Assembly (NCBI GenBank): GCA_964481195.1
Contig: CAYZTB010000009.1
Span: 11,047-75,046, forward strand
Length of the DNA stretch: 64,000 bases
Direction: 5' to 3'
From: an uncultured Bacteroidia bacterium
GTDB taxonomy: Bacteria > Bacteroidota > Bacteroidia > Palsa-948
Positions 54,409 to 64,000 of this stretch are shown piece by piece. The notes beneath the pieces were generated by a model, which was not told where the DNA came from, did no database searches, and worked only from the letters and a program-made list of their open reading frames with translations. A program made the translations under genes and the position numbers. Numbering within the stretch: the stretch's first letter is position 1; the number at the start of each line of letters is the position of its first letter.

Positions 54409-55524
54409 ATGATAAAAAGAATAATTCTATTCAGTTCGGTTGCTTTATTAAATTTTCCTGTTGCAGGAATAGCACAGGGATGTTGTTCTGGAGGCAGCGG
54501 AAGCCCAATTGCGGGAGGAGGTTCTCAGGGAGTTTTGTTAGATAGGCAAATGGAAGTTTCTAGCACATATCAATATAACTATACCAATAAATTTTTTGCC
54601 GGGAATAAGGATACCATTCCATTGTTCAATCATTTAGTTTCAGATTATCTGTATACTAAAATAGCATATGGAGTCACAAAAGATTTAACTGTTTCTTTAG
54701 AATCAGGATTTTTTTTAAAAAAGCAGCAGATTGGAAAAAACCTTGATACAGCACAGTCTGTGGGTTTTTCAGACCTTATATTTTTCCCTAAATATGTAGT
54801 ATATAGTAACACGCAGGAAAAAAGAAGAGTAGAATTTGTGTTAGGGGCTGGCTGGAAAATTCCTATAGGTTCATACAATGATTCAATGGTAACTTTCCGA
54901 GATACTGTTAACGGAATTGTTTATTATACAGCTGCCCCGCCTTCTTCTCAACTTACAACTGGCTCACATGATTTTATTTTTTATTCATTTTTCTTTAGAG
55001 GGTTTCCTAAAAGTAACTTCAGGCTTTTTGCAAACTCAGTATATATTAAGAAAGGATGGAATCCCCTAGGAGAAAAATTTGGTGATTATGCGAGCTTAGG
55101 TTTATTTGCTGGAAAAACATTTTTTGATAAACTTGGAGTCACACTTCAAGTTAAAGGAGAGTATATAGGAAAGTTAAAGTCTGCTAAGAATGTAGACTTG
55201 TTGGCTTTTTATAACGTTGATACTGCTTCAACTGGAAGCAGGGCAATTTTTATCACCCCACAAATTTCATATTCAATTAAGGCATTAACCATTTTTGCTC
55301 TCAGTGATTTTCCTATTTACCAATATGTGAATAAAGAGCAAATAGCTTCGCAATATCAATTTGCTATTGGGCTTGCTTATCGTTTTTTCACTACGAAAAG
55401 CATTATCCCTAAAGACGGAGCAGCTGTTTTCGCTTGCGAGATGGATTGCCCAGGCGGACAAAGCTCTAAGCCCGGCACTTGCAGGATGTGCGGAATGCAA
55501 ATGAATAAAAAGGAAAAAAAATAA
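54409..55524 (+). CDS. Outer-membrane beta-barrel (MetA/transporter-like) with C-terminal Cys/Met heavy-metal-binding domain
   Basis: Start reassigned to MIKRII (54409); mature N-terminus QGCCSGG; barrel ends GLAYRFF, then FACEMDC...PGTCRMCGMQM. Confidence 0.7.
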   Translation: MIKRIILFSSVALLNFPVAGIAQGCCSGGSGSPIAGGGSQGVLLDRQMEVSSTYQYNYTNKFFAGNKDTIPLFNHLVSDYLYTKIAYGVTKDLTVSLESGFFLKKQQIGKNLDTAQSVGFSDLIFFPKYVVYSNTQEKRRVEFVLGAGWKIPIGSYNDSMVTFRDTVNGIVYYTAAPPSSQLTTGSHDFIFYSFFFRGFPKSNFRLFANSVYIKKGWNPLGEKFGDYASLGLFAGKTFFDKLGVTLQVKGEYIGKLKSAKNVDLLAFYNVDTASTGSRAIFITPQISYSIKALTIFALSDFPIYQYVNKEQIASQYQFAIGLAYRFFTTKSIIPKDGAAVFACEMDCPGGQSSKPGTCRMCGMQMNKKEKK

Positions 55525-55573
55525 ATTTCTTTTTTCATTTTTACCCAATTCATATTCTTTGTAATATTGGGAT

Positions 55574-56455
55574 ATGAAAACCACATCTACATTCCTCTTT
55601 ATTTTTATTACATCCTATTTGTTTGCCCAGCTTCCCAATACGGACATTTGGATTTTAGATATCGTTGATAGTGCAGGAAGAGTTTCGTTACGAAATCCAA
55701 TAAACTTAACAAACAGAACCGGTTATGACAATCAGCCGGCTTTCTCTCCAGATGGCAGTTACCTCTTATATACTTCTCAACCTACAGGCGAAACGCAAAC
55801 AGATATATATAGGTGTGATTTTAAAACAAAAACCACTTCTCAAATTACTAAAACTACTACGAGCGAATACTCTCCAACGTTTATGTCCGATAAAAAATCT
55901 TTTTCGGTAGTGATGGTTGAAAAGGACTCTGCACAACGACTTTGGAAATATCCTTTAACTGGGGGGGAGGCAGTTTGTATTGCGAAAAATATTTCTGCAG
56001 TAGGATACCATAGTTGGATGAATAAAGATAGTCTTGCTGTTTTTGTATTAACTAAACCTTCTTTTACGTTGCAACTCTTCAATATAGCTTCTCAAAAGCC
56101 TACTACTATTGCGGATAGCATTGGAAGATGTATGCGAATGAAGGATGGGCTTCTATGGTATACAACCAAAGCAGGTCACTTTCAAAATGTTTATTCTTAC
56201 TCATTTAATTCAAAGAAAGATTCTCTGCAAGGCGTTATTGAGAGTGAAGATTATGCTTTTTACAAACGCAAAACGGGCGTTGTAGGTCGTGAAGAGATTT
56301 GGTCTTTTTCAGACAGTTCCATTTTATATGGATTCATGAGTACATCCGGTGGTGCTCATGAGGTTAGTGACCTTTCTGTATATGGAATCACAAAACCTAC
56401 GCGTATTACTATAAGTCCAGATGGAAAAAAATTAGCAATTGTTTCAAATAAGTAA
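55574..56455 (+). CDS. TolB-like (PD40) beta-propeller protein
   Basis: GYDNQPAFSPDG, SEYSPT, ISPDGKKLAIV; signal peptide. Confidence 0.8.
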   Translation: MKTTSTFLFIFITSYLFAQLPNTDIWILDIVDSAGRVSLRNPINLTNRTGYDNQPAFSPDGSYLLYTSQPTGETQTDIYRCDFKTKTTSQITKTTTSEYSPTFMSDKKSFSVVMVEKDSAQRLWKYPLTGGEAVCIAKNISAVGYHSWMNKDSLAVFVLTKPSFTLQLFNIASQKPTTIADSIGRCMRMKDGLLWYTTKAGHFQNVYSYSFNSKKDSLQGVIESEDYAFYKRKTGVVGREEIWSFSDSSILYGFMSTSGGAHEVSDLSVYGITKPTRITISPDGKKLAIVSNK

Positions 56456-56473
56456 TTAATTAAAATATTTTTT

Positions 56474-57115
56474 ATGAATTTCATTCCACAAGAAATTGAT
56501 GATTTTTCTTTAGCACATTCTGACTTGGAGTTGGAAGTATTACAAAAATTAAATCGCGAGACGCATGTAAAGATGACGCTACCACAGATGCTTTCCGGTC
56601 ATATGCAAGGCTTGATGTTGCAAATGTTCAGCAAGATGATTAGTCCTAAAAATATTTTAGAGATTGGTACATTTACTGGCTATTCCGCTATTTGCTTAGC
56701 ACAAGGATTACAGCAAGGAGGTATGCTGCATACCATCGATGTAAATGAAGAGTTACAAGAGATTATACTTCGTTATGTGAAGGATGCAGGCTTAAAAGAC
56801 AAAATAACGCTCCATATAGGCCCCGCTGTTAATATCCTCCCGACCTTAAATGAGTCCTTTGACCTTGTATTTATTGATGCAGATAAGGAGAACTATTCCA
56901 ACTATTTTGACTTAGTATTTCCGAAGGTAAAACAAGGAGGGTACATTATAGCAGACAATGTGCTTTGGAGTGGTAAGGTGCTCGATTCCGCTATGAAAAT
57001 GGACAAAGACACGAAAGCATTATTAGATTACAGCAAGAAAATTCAAGCGGATTCCAGTGTAGAAAATGTGCTTCTTCCCCTGCGAGATGGACTCATGATT
57101 TCCAGAAAAAAATAA
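56474..57115 (+). CDS. SAM-dependent O-methyltransferase (CCoAOMT-like)
   Basis: LEIGTFTGYS, FDLVFIDADK, ADNVLWSG, LRDGL. Confidence 0.92.
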   Translation: MNFIPQEIDDFSLAHSDLELEVLQKLNRETHVKMTLPQMLSGHMQGLMLQMFSKMISPKNILEIGTFTGYSAICLAQGLQQGGMLHTIDVNEELQEIILRYVKDAGLKDKITLHIGPAVNILPTLNESFDLVFIDADKENYSNYFDLVFPKVKQGGYIIADNVLWSGKVLDSAMKMDKDTKALLDYSKKIQADSSVENVLLPLRDGLMISRKK

Positions 57116-57118
57116 TTT

Positions 57119-57214
57119 TTTCATAGGGGGATTTTCGATTTCTCCTATGAAACTTATTAACAATCGCATTTCCCCTATGAAATGTGCCTAAAAAGGCTTT
57201 ACTTTTGCTATGAA
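57119..57214 (+). promoter_or_regulatory. Hairpin and repeat cluster plus -7 promoter element upstream of the SWIB gene
   Basis: TTTCATAGGGGGA (57119-57131) is complementary to two direct copies of ATTTCYCCTATGAAA (57138-57152, 57168-57182); TACTTTTG at 57200-57207. Confidence 0.55.
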
Positions 57215-57257
57215 GTTAAACATTAAGTTAAACTTTATAAATTAAAAACAAAACAAA

Positions 57258-57560
57258 ATGGCTACAAAAGCAAAAGCAAAAACAAAGGTAAAAGCAAAAA
57301 CCAAAAGAAAGCCGAACGCAGCTTTCATGGCTCCATTAACTCCAAGCGCTAAATTAGCAGCAGTTACTGGTGCAAAAGCACTTCCACGTACTGAAGTTGC
57401 AAAAAAACTTTGGGCTTACATCAAGAAGAACGATCTTCAAGATAAGAAGAACAGACGCAACATCAATGCGGATGATACACTAAAAGAAATTTTTGGTGGA
57501 AAGAAAACTGTTAGCATGTTTGAAATGACCAAATTGGTTAGCAAGCACCTAAAGAAGTAA
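57258..57560 (+). CDS. SWIB/MDM2-domain protein with Lys/Ala-rich N-terminal tail
   Basis: RTEVAKKLWAYIKKNDLQD...INADDTLKEIFG...MFEMTKLVSKHL. Confidence 0.92.
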   Translation: MATKAKAKTKVKAKTKRKPNAAFMAPLTPSAKLAAVTGAKALPRTEVAKKLWAYIKKNDLQDKKNRRNINADDTLKEIFGGKKTVSMFEMTKLVSKHLKK

Positions 57561-57578
57561 TCTTTTACTTTTTGCTAG

Positions 57579-57610
57579 TAAAGGCGGATTAAGAAATTAA
57601 TCCGCCTTTA
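57579..57610. terminator. Terminator hairpin between convergent genes
   Basis: TAAAGGCGGATTAA-GAAA-TTAATCCGCCTTTA (14-bp stem), overlapping the CotH stop codon. Confidence 0.8.
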
Positions 57611-59675
57611 TTATTTTGTGCGCCTTGGTAATCCCCTTACTATTTGTCTTCAGAAAATATACTCCGTTCGGTTTGTTAGACAGATCTACTTGAGTTTGTG
57701 TTTTCACATTTTGATCTCCTAGTGAGTGTATTTTTTCACCGTAGATAGTATATAATTCCCAATCAAATGATGCATTGTTGCTGGCAGCAATATCGAAAAC
57801 TCCTTTTGAAGGATTTGGAAAAACGGCATATGTTGTTTCTAATAAGTTATTCGATGCTATTGAAGCTGTAAGGCAAGTACCTGGCAAATTAGCATCCATC
57901 CAATTAAGTCGATTTCTAATCCATGATTTCATTCTGTCAATTTCAGCTTGATAGGTGGCTGGATATGGAGTAGGGTTGGGCCATACATATGTACCTAATA
58001 TGGGCCAGGCAGAAAAATTTCTAGTCATAGGTACAGCTAAAAGAGTAGCCATGGAATCCAAGTAATTATTAATATATCCTGTATCTAGCACAGTGCTTCT
58101 TAATGCAAGCCAACGGCATTTTAATTTGCTTGTAAAATTTGGGTCGGTCATAAAACGATCCCACCAAAAAGGAATTTGCCATCCATCGTTCGGACAAACA
58201 TTTCCAAATTTATAAGCCCAATTGCTGTAGCTAGGGCTGCCACAATAATTTGCATTTAACCAAGCAATGTCAAAATCCCAAGGAGGACCAATAGCAAGCT
58301 TACCTCCTTTGCTATATTTATCTTTATACAAAAATGTACTTATTCGATACCCATCTATATTGCTGCTAATTTCATTTAATATGAAGTAATCAATAAATGT
58401 ATTCACCTTACAATATTTTACATATCCAATGGCAGTATCTGCAAAATTGGGACCAGAAAGTGCAGTTTCAAAACTATCTACATACTGCTGAATGTATGTT
58501 TTTTGTTGTGGAGTTATTGAATCTGGATCTGGATAATCATACTGGTATTTTATAGTTTGCCCGCTGGAGCTAACTGCAGGGGCGAAAGGAGAAGTCCATC
58601 CTACTAAACTATTGCCCGTTGTTTTATCTATTTTAATAATATAGCCACCAGTTAAAGAATCTCCTGCATTTTCCCAAGTGCCAAGTTTTGCAATATTAAC
58701 TCGGTTTGCATCGCGTTTAATTTTTTCCATTAATACATATACGCCCATATACTTTCCATTAATAACCAATTCGCAAAAACGAGTTCTTGCTGCATACCTG
58801 CCAAAGTCGTTATACAATTTATAGGACAGCACATTTCTTAAATGTGTTTTATCTGTATACGATGCGCTTAAAATCCAATCGTGCTCATTGGGCATACCTA
58901 AAATTACGGTATCATTTTTATTTCCCAAAGCATCTCTGGTCTCAAAGCCATAACTCTTTTTTGGAAATCCTTGGGAAGAAGAGCCTCTGAATTCTATCGC
59001 AATTTTTCCTTTGTAATTATTATGCGGGTTTGTCAAATAATTTTTTACTCCTACGCCATTATATATTATTCCCATATCGCAAGTAATCTTTGGCTCGTCA
59101 ACAATTGTTTGATTGTTTGTATTTATTACAACTATTGGTAAATATGAAGAATCAACTTGTATGGCAGTAGCTGGACTGTTGCTAAACTTAAGCCTCCAGT
59201 TAACCACGCTGCCAGTATTATTTCCAGTATTATTATCATCATCATATACACGCAGTTTCCAGATACCATTTCCATTTAAGCCATTGTTTAATAAAGATAA
59301 TTTTTGCTCTGGTCTATAACTACCATTAAAAGGTGCTGTTCCGTTTGTAATAAGCGTTGTTGCATCTTGCCTAAAACAAATAGTTATATAATTATCTCCT
59401 GTTCCTCCATTATCTGTAGTAAGCTCCACTCTTGTTCCGCCTGGCGATTCTAAATAAATGTCAAGGTCGTTGTCTTTAATATGCGTAATATTTATGCAGG
59501 CTTCTTCTAAACCATATGCATTGTTAAGAAAGGGAGGGTTTAACGTGCTTATATTTAATAAAAAATAGGTGGTATCTAAGTTATCAGAGATAGCTCCTCC
59601 GGTGCCCGTAAAAGTTTGTGCTTGAATAGCTATAGTTAAAAATAATGCGTTTAGGAAGAGTGTAGTTTTTTTCAT
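57597..59675 (-). CDS. CotH-family kinase with N-terminal proprotein-convertase P-like domain and T9SS type A sorting domain
   Basis: ITH...DLDIYLESPGGT...GIWKLRVYD; RGSSSQGFPKKSY, YMGVYVLMEKI, PWDFD; VFPNPS...GVYFLK. Confidence 0.85.
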   Translation of the reverse strand: MKKTTLFLNALFLTIAIQAQTFTGTGGAISDNLDTTYFLLNISTLNPPFLNNAYGLEEACINITHIKDNDLDIYLESPGGTRVELTTDNGGTGDNYITICFRQDATTLITNGTAPFNGSYRPEQKLSLLNNGLNGNGIWKLRVYDDDNNTGNNTGSVVNWRLKFSNSPATAIQVDSSYLPIVVINTNNQTIVDEPKITCDMGIIYNGVGVKNYLTNPHNNYKGKIAIEFRGSSSQGFPKKSYGFETRDALGNKNDTVILGMPNEHDWILSASYTDKTHLRNVLSYKLYNDFGRYAARTRFCELVINGKYMGVYVLMEKIKRDANRVNIAKLGTWENAGDSLTGGYIIKIDKTTGNSLVGWTSPFAPAVSSSGQTIKYQYDYPDPDSITPQQKTYIQQYVDSFETALSGPNFADTAIGYVKYCKVNTFIDYFILNEISSNIDGYRISTFLYKDKYSKGGKLAIGPPWDFDIAWLNANYCGSPSYSNWAYKFGNVCPNDGWQIPFWWDRFMTDPNFTSKLKCRWLALRSTVLDTGYINNYLDSMATLLAVPMTRNFSAWPILGTYVWPNPTPYPATYQAEIDRMKSWIRNRLNWMDANLPGTCLTASIASNNLLETTYAVFPNPSKGVFDIAASNNASFDWELYTIYGEKIHSLGDQNVKTQTQVDLSNKPNGVYFLKTNSKGITKAHKIIKAD

Positions 59676-59682
59676 AAAAAAT

Positions 59683-59716
59683 AAAAAAATCCTTGTTTTC
59701 TTAGAACAAGGATTTT
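59683..59716 (-). terminator. Intrinsic terminator (minus strand)
   Basis: AAAATCCTTGTT / AACAAGGATTTT stem with a T run on the minus strand. Confidence 0.75.
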
Positions 59717-59734
59717 AGAAAATGAGAATTGAAT

Positions 59735-60694
59735 TTATTTGCTAATAGTAAACTTTCCAGACCTAAGTGATGCGCCATCAACGTTATTTAAGCTATAGGA
59801 ATATACACCCGATACTAAGTTTGTAGTTTGTAATGTCCAGGTTTTTAGTTTTAATGGATGAGATTGATCAACTTGGGTAGAAGAAATAACTTCTCTGCCC
59901 ATCACATCAAAAACTATAACCGACACACTTTCCAATGCATCGGAAGTAATTGAAATGTGATCGGTTGCAGGATTAGGGTAAACGATAACACCACTAGAAG
60001 AGGAATGTTCGTTTACGTTGTTGTACCCAGAAAAGGACAAGTCATCTACCCAAAGTGTACTTCCGGCAACACCACAAGTGTTGGTAGCTAAGCAGGATGC
60101 GCTGAATCCAAGTATCATAGAGTCCGGAATAACAGTTGAGAACGTAGGGTCATAGGTTAGGGTAAAAGTAGATAGTGTATAAGCAGATGCAGCTGTTTTA
60201 ATTACAATACCACCAATTGCAATGGTATCTCTTTTTGCACCATTCCATTTAGTAAGGACCACTCCGCAAGAAGCGCTATCACTTGCCATTGGAGTATATT
60301 TATGCCAAAAGGTACAGGTTGTAGGTCTAGCAGTATATGGAAATCCGGATATAAGTTTTAAAGGAGATAGTTGCACTTTCCCAACAAATGCAACGCCAGT
60401 AGGATCAGGTAATTGTCCGCCCGAAGGATCATTAACAACGTCAACCGTAACTATTTTCATAGCGTAAGTTCCTCCATGGGCTTCGGTGCCAGTTACTTTA
60501 AATACCGAGGTGCTATTTCCTGGAGAAACAAAAGAAACAAGCTGATTTCCGGTTACCCAATTGGTAGGCTCTTCAGGAACGGATATTGTACCATTATTCA
60601 TGGTTGTCCAACTTTCAAAATCCATAGTTGGGTTTTGTGCGAATGCGCAAAAGCTAGTTCCGGCAGCAATAATTGAGAGTAAAAGTTTTTTCAT
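59735..60694 (-). CDS. Secreted protein with putative carbohydrate-binding (PCMD-like) domain and T9SS type A sorting domain
   Basis: NPTMDFESW...PYTARP...GSTLWVDDLSF; VYPNPA...SGVYSY; promoter TATCTTTG on the complement of 60717-60724. Confidence 0.75.
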   Translation of the reverse strand: MKKLLLSIIAAGTSFCAFAQNPTMDFESWTTMNNGTISVPEEPTNWVTGNQLVSFVSPGNSTSVFKVTGTEAHGGTYAMKIVTVDVVNDPSGGQLPDPTGVAFVGKVQLSPLKLISGFPYTARPTTCTFWHKYTPMASDSASCGVVLTKWNGAKRDTIAIGGIVIKTAASAYTLSTFTLTYDPTFSTVIPDSMILGFSASCLATNTCGVAGSTLWVDDLSFSGYNNVNEHSSSSGVIVYPNPATDHISITSDALESVSVIVFDVMGREVISSTQVDQSHPLKLKTWTLQTTNLVSGVYSYSLNNVDGASLRSGKFTISK

Positions 60695-60832
60695 ATTTTA
60701 TTATTTAATATAGCCTCAAAGATATGAACTAAATGGGTTTTTACAAATATTTTTAAGCATTTTATTTATTGGACAATAGACTTTAATTAAATTATGCGCT
60801 TATATTTGTCCTTTCTTAAAAGCAGAAATTTC

Positions 60833-61549
60833 ATGAAACGAATAGTCATTATTGTCTTCGTGGTAGTTGTAGCCGGCATTGGAGGATATTTCCTAATCAA
60901 TGGTGGATTTAATAAAATGTTAGGTGGCAAAGACATTAGCGAAGGAGTTATTGAATACGACATTACGTATCCTAAGCTTGACCCCAAAAGTATGATGGTT
61001 TCTGGTATGCCCAATCAAGCTTTTTTGCGATTTAAGAATAATAATATGTCCAACGATATGTCAGGAATGATGGGTTTAATTAGCATTACATTTATTTCAA
61101 ATCACAGTACTAAATCTGTTGAGCAACGACTAACTCTTATTAATAAAAAATACTCTTCAACTATTAATAAAGAAGATTTATCCAGATTAAATGATTCTTA
61201 CGTTAGTTCATTTGAAAAAGGGTCTACCGTGCAACAAATTGCAGGTTTTCAATGCAAGGAAGCAAAGGTTAAACTTTTAGATGGAGAAGAGATTAAGGTG
61301 TTTTATACGAATGATATTGGTATTGAAAATCCTAATTGGTCTAACCCTTATAACAAAATTGATGGTGTATTAATGGATTTCCAGATGGAGCGTTATGGGG
61401 TTGTTATGCACCTTAGGGCAAAATCAGTTGTAGCACAAAAAATTGAAGATGAGGCTTTTCATCTTCCTGCAGATTCGTCTGAGTATAAAAGAATTGATTT
61501 TATTGAACTTGAAAAAATCCTTGAAGAGCTGAATCCTGGCTCAAATTAA
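60833..61549 (+). CDS. Hypothetical membrane-anchored periplasmic protein (GLPGLI/DUF4412-like)
   Basis: Start MKRIVII (60833); N-terminal TM; EGVIEYDITY and IAGFQCKEA...FYT motifs. Confidence 0.6.
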   Translation: MKRIVIIVFVVVVAGIGGYFLINGGFNKMLGGKDISEGVIEYDITYPKLDPKSMMVSGMPNQAFLRFKNNNMSNDMSGMMGLISITFISNHSTKSVEQRLTLINKKYSSTINKEDLSRLNDSYVSSFEKGSTVQQIAGFQCKEAKVKLLDGEEIKVFYTNDIGIENPNWSNPYNKIDGVLMDFQMERYGVVMHLRAKSVVAQKIEDEAFHLPADSSEYKRIDFIELEKILEELNPGSN

Positions 61550-61746
61550 GTAATACTATTTTTTTACTTTCTTCGTTATCAAAAGTAACATCAGTTAGGT
61601 GCTTGCCTTCTTTTTAACATGCATTCGTTAACAAGTAATCACTTTAGATAAGCTAGGTCGCTTGATTGCGTTTTATTTTTGATGAATACCAAAGTCTTTG
61701 TAATAAAGAGGTTATTGGAGTGTAATCCTATATTAATCATTTTGCC

Positions 61747-64000
61747 ATGGCGGAAGAAGAAATAATTGTGACCAATAAATTTAAAAAAGCTAGGAACGAA
61801 TTCAGAAAATCTCGCTTAGAGAAAGACGAAGTAGAGGTTAATGAGGATTTCGAAATTGAAGAAGATGTTGATGGAGCAGAGGATAATACTGATCAGGAAA
61901 ATGTTACAGGAGAAGAAGCCACTCCTAAAAGAAAAAAGAGAGTGCCTAAGGTAAAGGTCAGTCCCTTACAACCCGTCATAAATGTAGTAACAGATCCAAG
62001 ACTTCAACGTATAGCAGGGCTTGCCCTTTTTCTTTCTTCATTTTATTTAGCGGTTGCATTTACTTCGTTTTTGTTTACTTGGAAAGCTGATCAAGACAAG
62101 GTGATGGGCTCTTGGGTTGAATTATTTTTCCCTAGCGAAGAATTAAGTGCTACGGTCGGATCTATGGAAGTAGAGAACTGGCTTGGAAAAGTTGGCGCAA
62201 TCGTCTCTCATTTATTTATTCATAAGGGCTTTGGGGTGGCTTCATACTTTTTTGTAGTATTTTCTTTTTTAGCAGGATTCAGAGTTCTTTTCAAAACATC
62301 ACCTTTTGCATTACGTACTTTTTTTAAACGATCTGCTTTTGTAATGTTGTGGAGTTCTTTAGCGTTAGGCTATTTTTTTCATAACGATTATTTTTATTTG
62401 GGCGGAACATTTGGATATCAAACAAGCCTTTGGTTAAACCAGTCTGTTGGATTTATTGGAACCGGGTTCTTAATGGTGTTTTCAATTTTTGGATTTATGG
62501 CTCTCTCTTACAACTATGCTTTTGATTGGTTAAGAAGCAAAGAGTCGGAAGCGGCAATGGAATCGCTTGACACCATGGAGAAAAACGAAACCATCCCAGC
62601 TAATGTTTCTGTAGAAGTGTTATCCGTTCAGCATATTGATGATAAAGAAGTTGAGCAAGTTGTTGATCTTCCTTTAGAAGTATCTATACATGAGGCGGAG
62701 GTTCCAGCAGAGGAACTGCCTGTAAGTTTTGAAATGGTTCCTGAAGTTCAAGAGGAAAAAGAAGAAGAAAAAGAGGAGGACGATGAAAATGTGTTGTTTA
62801 CTGTTTCTCAAAAAGAAAAAGAAGCAATTAAAACAGAAGAGTCTGAAGATGATTTGACCACTTTTGGAGATTTTGATCCAACCTTAGAGCTGTCGGATTA
62901 TCAAAAACCTTCTGTTGATTTATTAAAAGATTATGGTGTTAGTGAGTCAAGCGTTAATCAAGAAGAACTTGTTACCAATAAAGATCGAATTGTTAGTACG
63001 CTAAAAAATTTCGGAATAGAAATTTCTAAGATTAAAGCGACTATTGGACCTACCGTTACGCTTTATGAAATCATTCCTGCCGAAGGAGTTCGAATTTCTA
63101 AAATTAAAAACCTGGAAGATGATATTGCGCTTTCTCTAGCAGCTTTAGGAATACGTATCATAGCGCCAATGCCTGGGAAAGGAACTATCGGAATTGAGGT
63201 TCCTAATCAGAATCCTGAATTAGTTTCGATGCGATCCATTGTGGCGTCAGAAAAATTTCAGAGTACAACTTTTGAATTGCCTTTTGGACTAGGTAAAACT
63301 ATTTCGAACGAAACATTTATAGCAGACTTAACCAAAATGCCTCACTTGCTTATTGCCGGTACGACTGGACAGGGTAAGTCGGTAGGGTTAAACGTAATTC
63401 TTACTTCTTTACTTTATAAGAAACATCCTGCGCAAGTAAAATTTGTGTTGATAGATCCAAAGCGAGTGGAGCTTACGCTTTTCAATAAAATTGAAAGACA
63501 CTTCTTGGCTAAGCTGCCCAATACAGATGACGCAATCATTACGGATACTACCAAAGTGATTCATACATTAAAATCGCTTTGTATGGAAATGGATGATCGC
63601 CTTACTTTGTTTAATACTGCCATGGTGCGTAATATTAAGGAGTACAATGCAAAGTTTATTGATAGAAAATTAAATCCAAAGAAAGGGCACAAATTTTTAC
63701 CGTACATCGTAGTAGTGGTAGATGAGTTTGGAGATCTTATTGCACAGGCAGGAAAAGAAATAGAAACTCCACTTACCAGATTAGCTGCAGTGGCCCGTGC
63801 AACGGGAATACATTTAATTATTGCAACGCAGCGTCCATCAGTAAACGTTGTAACAGGATTGATTAAGGCAAATTTCCCTGCCCGTATTGCTTTCCGAGTT
63901 CAATCAAAAATTGATTCACGAACCATTTTAGATATAGGCGGTGCGGATCAACTGATTGGAAAAGGAGATATGTTATTCTCGCTTGGTAGTGAGTTAATCC
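61747..64000 (+). CDS. ftsK: DNA translocase FtsK (runs off the window end; absent from the ORF track)
   Basis: Hand translation from ATG 61747: TM region, acidic linker, IGPTVTLYE, APMPGKGTIGIEVPN, Walker A PHLLIAGTTGQGKS, IDPK, VVDEFGDL, HLIIATQRPS. Confidence 0.95.
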   Translation, partial: MAEEEIIVTNKFKKARNEFRKSRLEKDEVEVNEDFEIEEDVDGAEDNTDQENVTGEEATPKRKKRVPKVKVSPLQPVINVVTDPRLQRIAGLALFLSSFYLAVAFTSFLFTWKADQDKVMGSWVELFFPSEELSATVGSMEVENWLGKVGAIVSHLFIHKGFGVASYFFVVFSFLAGFRVLFKTSPFALRTFFKRSAFVMLWSSLALGYFFHNDYFYLGGTFGYQTSLWLNQSVGFIGTGFLMVFSIFGFMALSYNYAFDWLRSKESEAAMESLDTMEKNETIPANVSVEVLSVQHIDDKEVEQVVDLPLEVSIHEAEVPAEELPVSFEMVPEVQEEKEEEKEEDDENVLFTVSQKEKEAIKTEESEDDLTTFGDFDPTLELSDYQKPSVDLLKDYGVSESSVNQEELVTNKDRIVSTLKNFGIEISKIKATIGPTVTLYEIIPAEGVRISKIKNLEDDIALSLAALGIRIIAPMPGKGTIGIEVPNQNPELVSMRSIVASEKFQSTTFELPFGLGKTISNETFIADLTKMPHLLIAGTTGQGKSVGLNVILTSLLYKKHPAQVKFVLIDPKRVELTLFNKIERHFLAKLPNTDDAIITDTTKVIHTLKSLCMEMDDRLTLFNTAMVRNIKEYNAKFIDRKLNPKKGHKFLPYIVVVVDEFGDLIAQAGKEIETPLTRLAAVARATGIHLIIATQRPSVNVVTGLIKANFPARIAFRVQSKIDSRTILDIGGADQLIGKGDMLFSLGSELI

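Noticed and set aside
57154-57162. TTATTAACA, DnaA-box-like 9-mer
   Set aside because: Single degenerate copy with no cluster or origin-associated genes nearby.
448-61014. Many 60-150 aa ORFs in the track that overlap larger genes (e.g. 2311-2754, 15314-15691, 17908-18282, 24140-24556, and those inside 33682-37956)
   Set aside because: They are antisense or alternate-frame shadows of well-supported genes and show no recognisable motifs. The Cys-rich ones inside the adhesin arise from repetitive Thr/Val/Ala codons read out of frame.
61550-61746. 197-bp intergenic region before ftsK as a possible ncRNA
   Set aside because: No convincing stems, terminator or recognisable RNA motif by eye.

Overview
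AT-rich chromosomal window from a Bacteroidota bacterium. Evidence for the assignment: TAnnTTTG promoters, several type IX secretion (T9SS) cargo proteins, and A-rich translation starts. Gene order: an Omp28/TlpA/DUF6029-like thiol-redox envelope cluster; M23-dxr-rseP-tlpA; an APS-reductase-type sulfate assimilation operon (sir-cobA-cysG(N)/TauE-cysH-cysD-cysN); polA and ribE; a ~2 kb islet with mobile mystery protein A/B; two T9SS type-B adhesins; mqnC and pdxA; arginine decarboxylase, arginase and argS; a beta-oxidation operon; SWIB and CotH genes; and a truncated ftsK. I saw no rRNA, tRNA or CRISPR array. Main discovery: the sulfate operon leader (11894-12265) holds two tandem ribosome-dependent attenuators missed by the ORF track. 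Each has a Cys/Met-rich leader peptide (..STCCMMCI and ..MCICMCMC..) and a mutually exclusive antiterminator/terminator pair. Other notable signals: GC-rich palindromic elements sitting in frame inside argS and a thiolase; inverted heptamer arrays flanking a four-helix-bundle gene; three operator-like boxes at exact 33-bp spacing over the mobile mystery A promoter; and a duplicated uncharacterised two-gene envelope module. Family names come from motif recognition by eye, not database searches.
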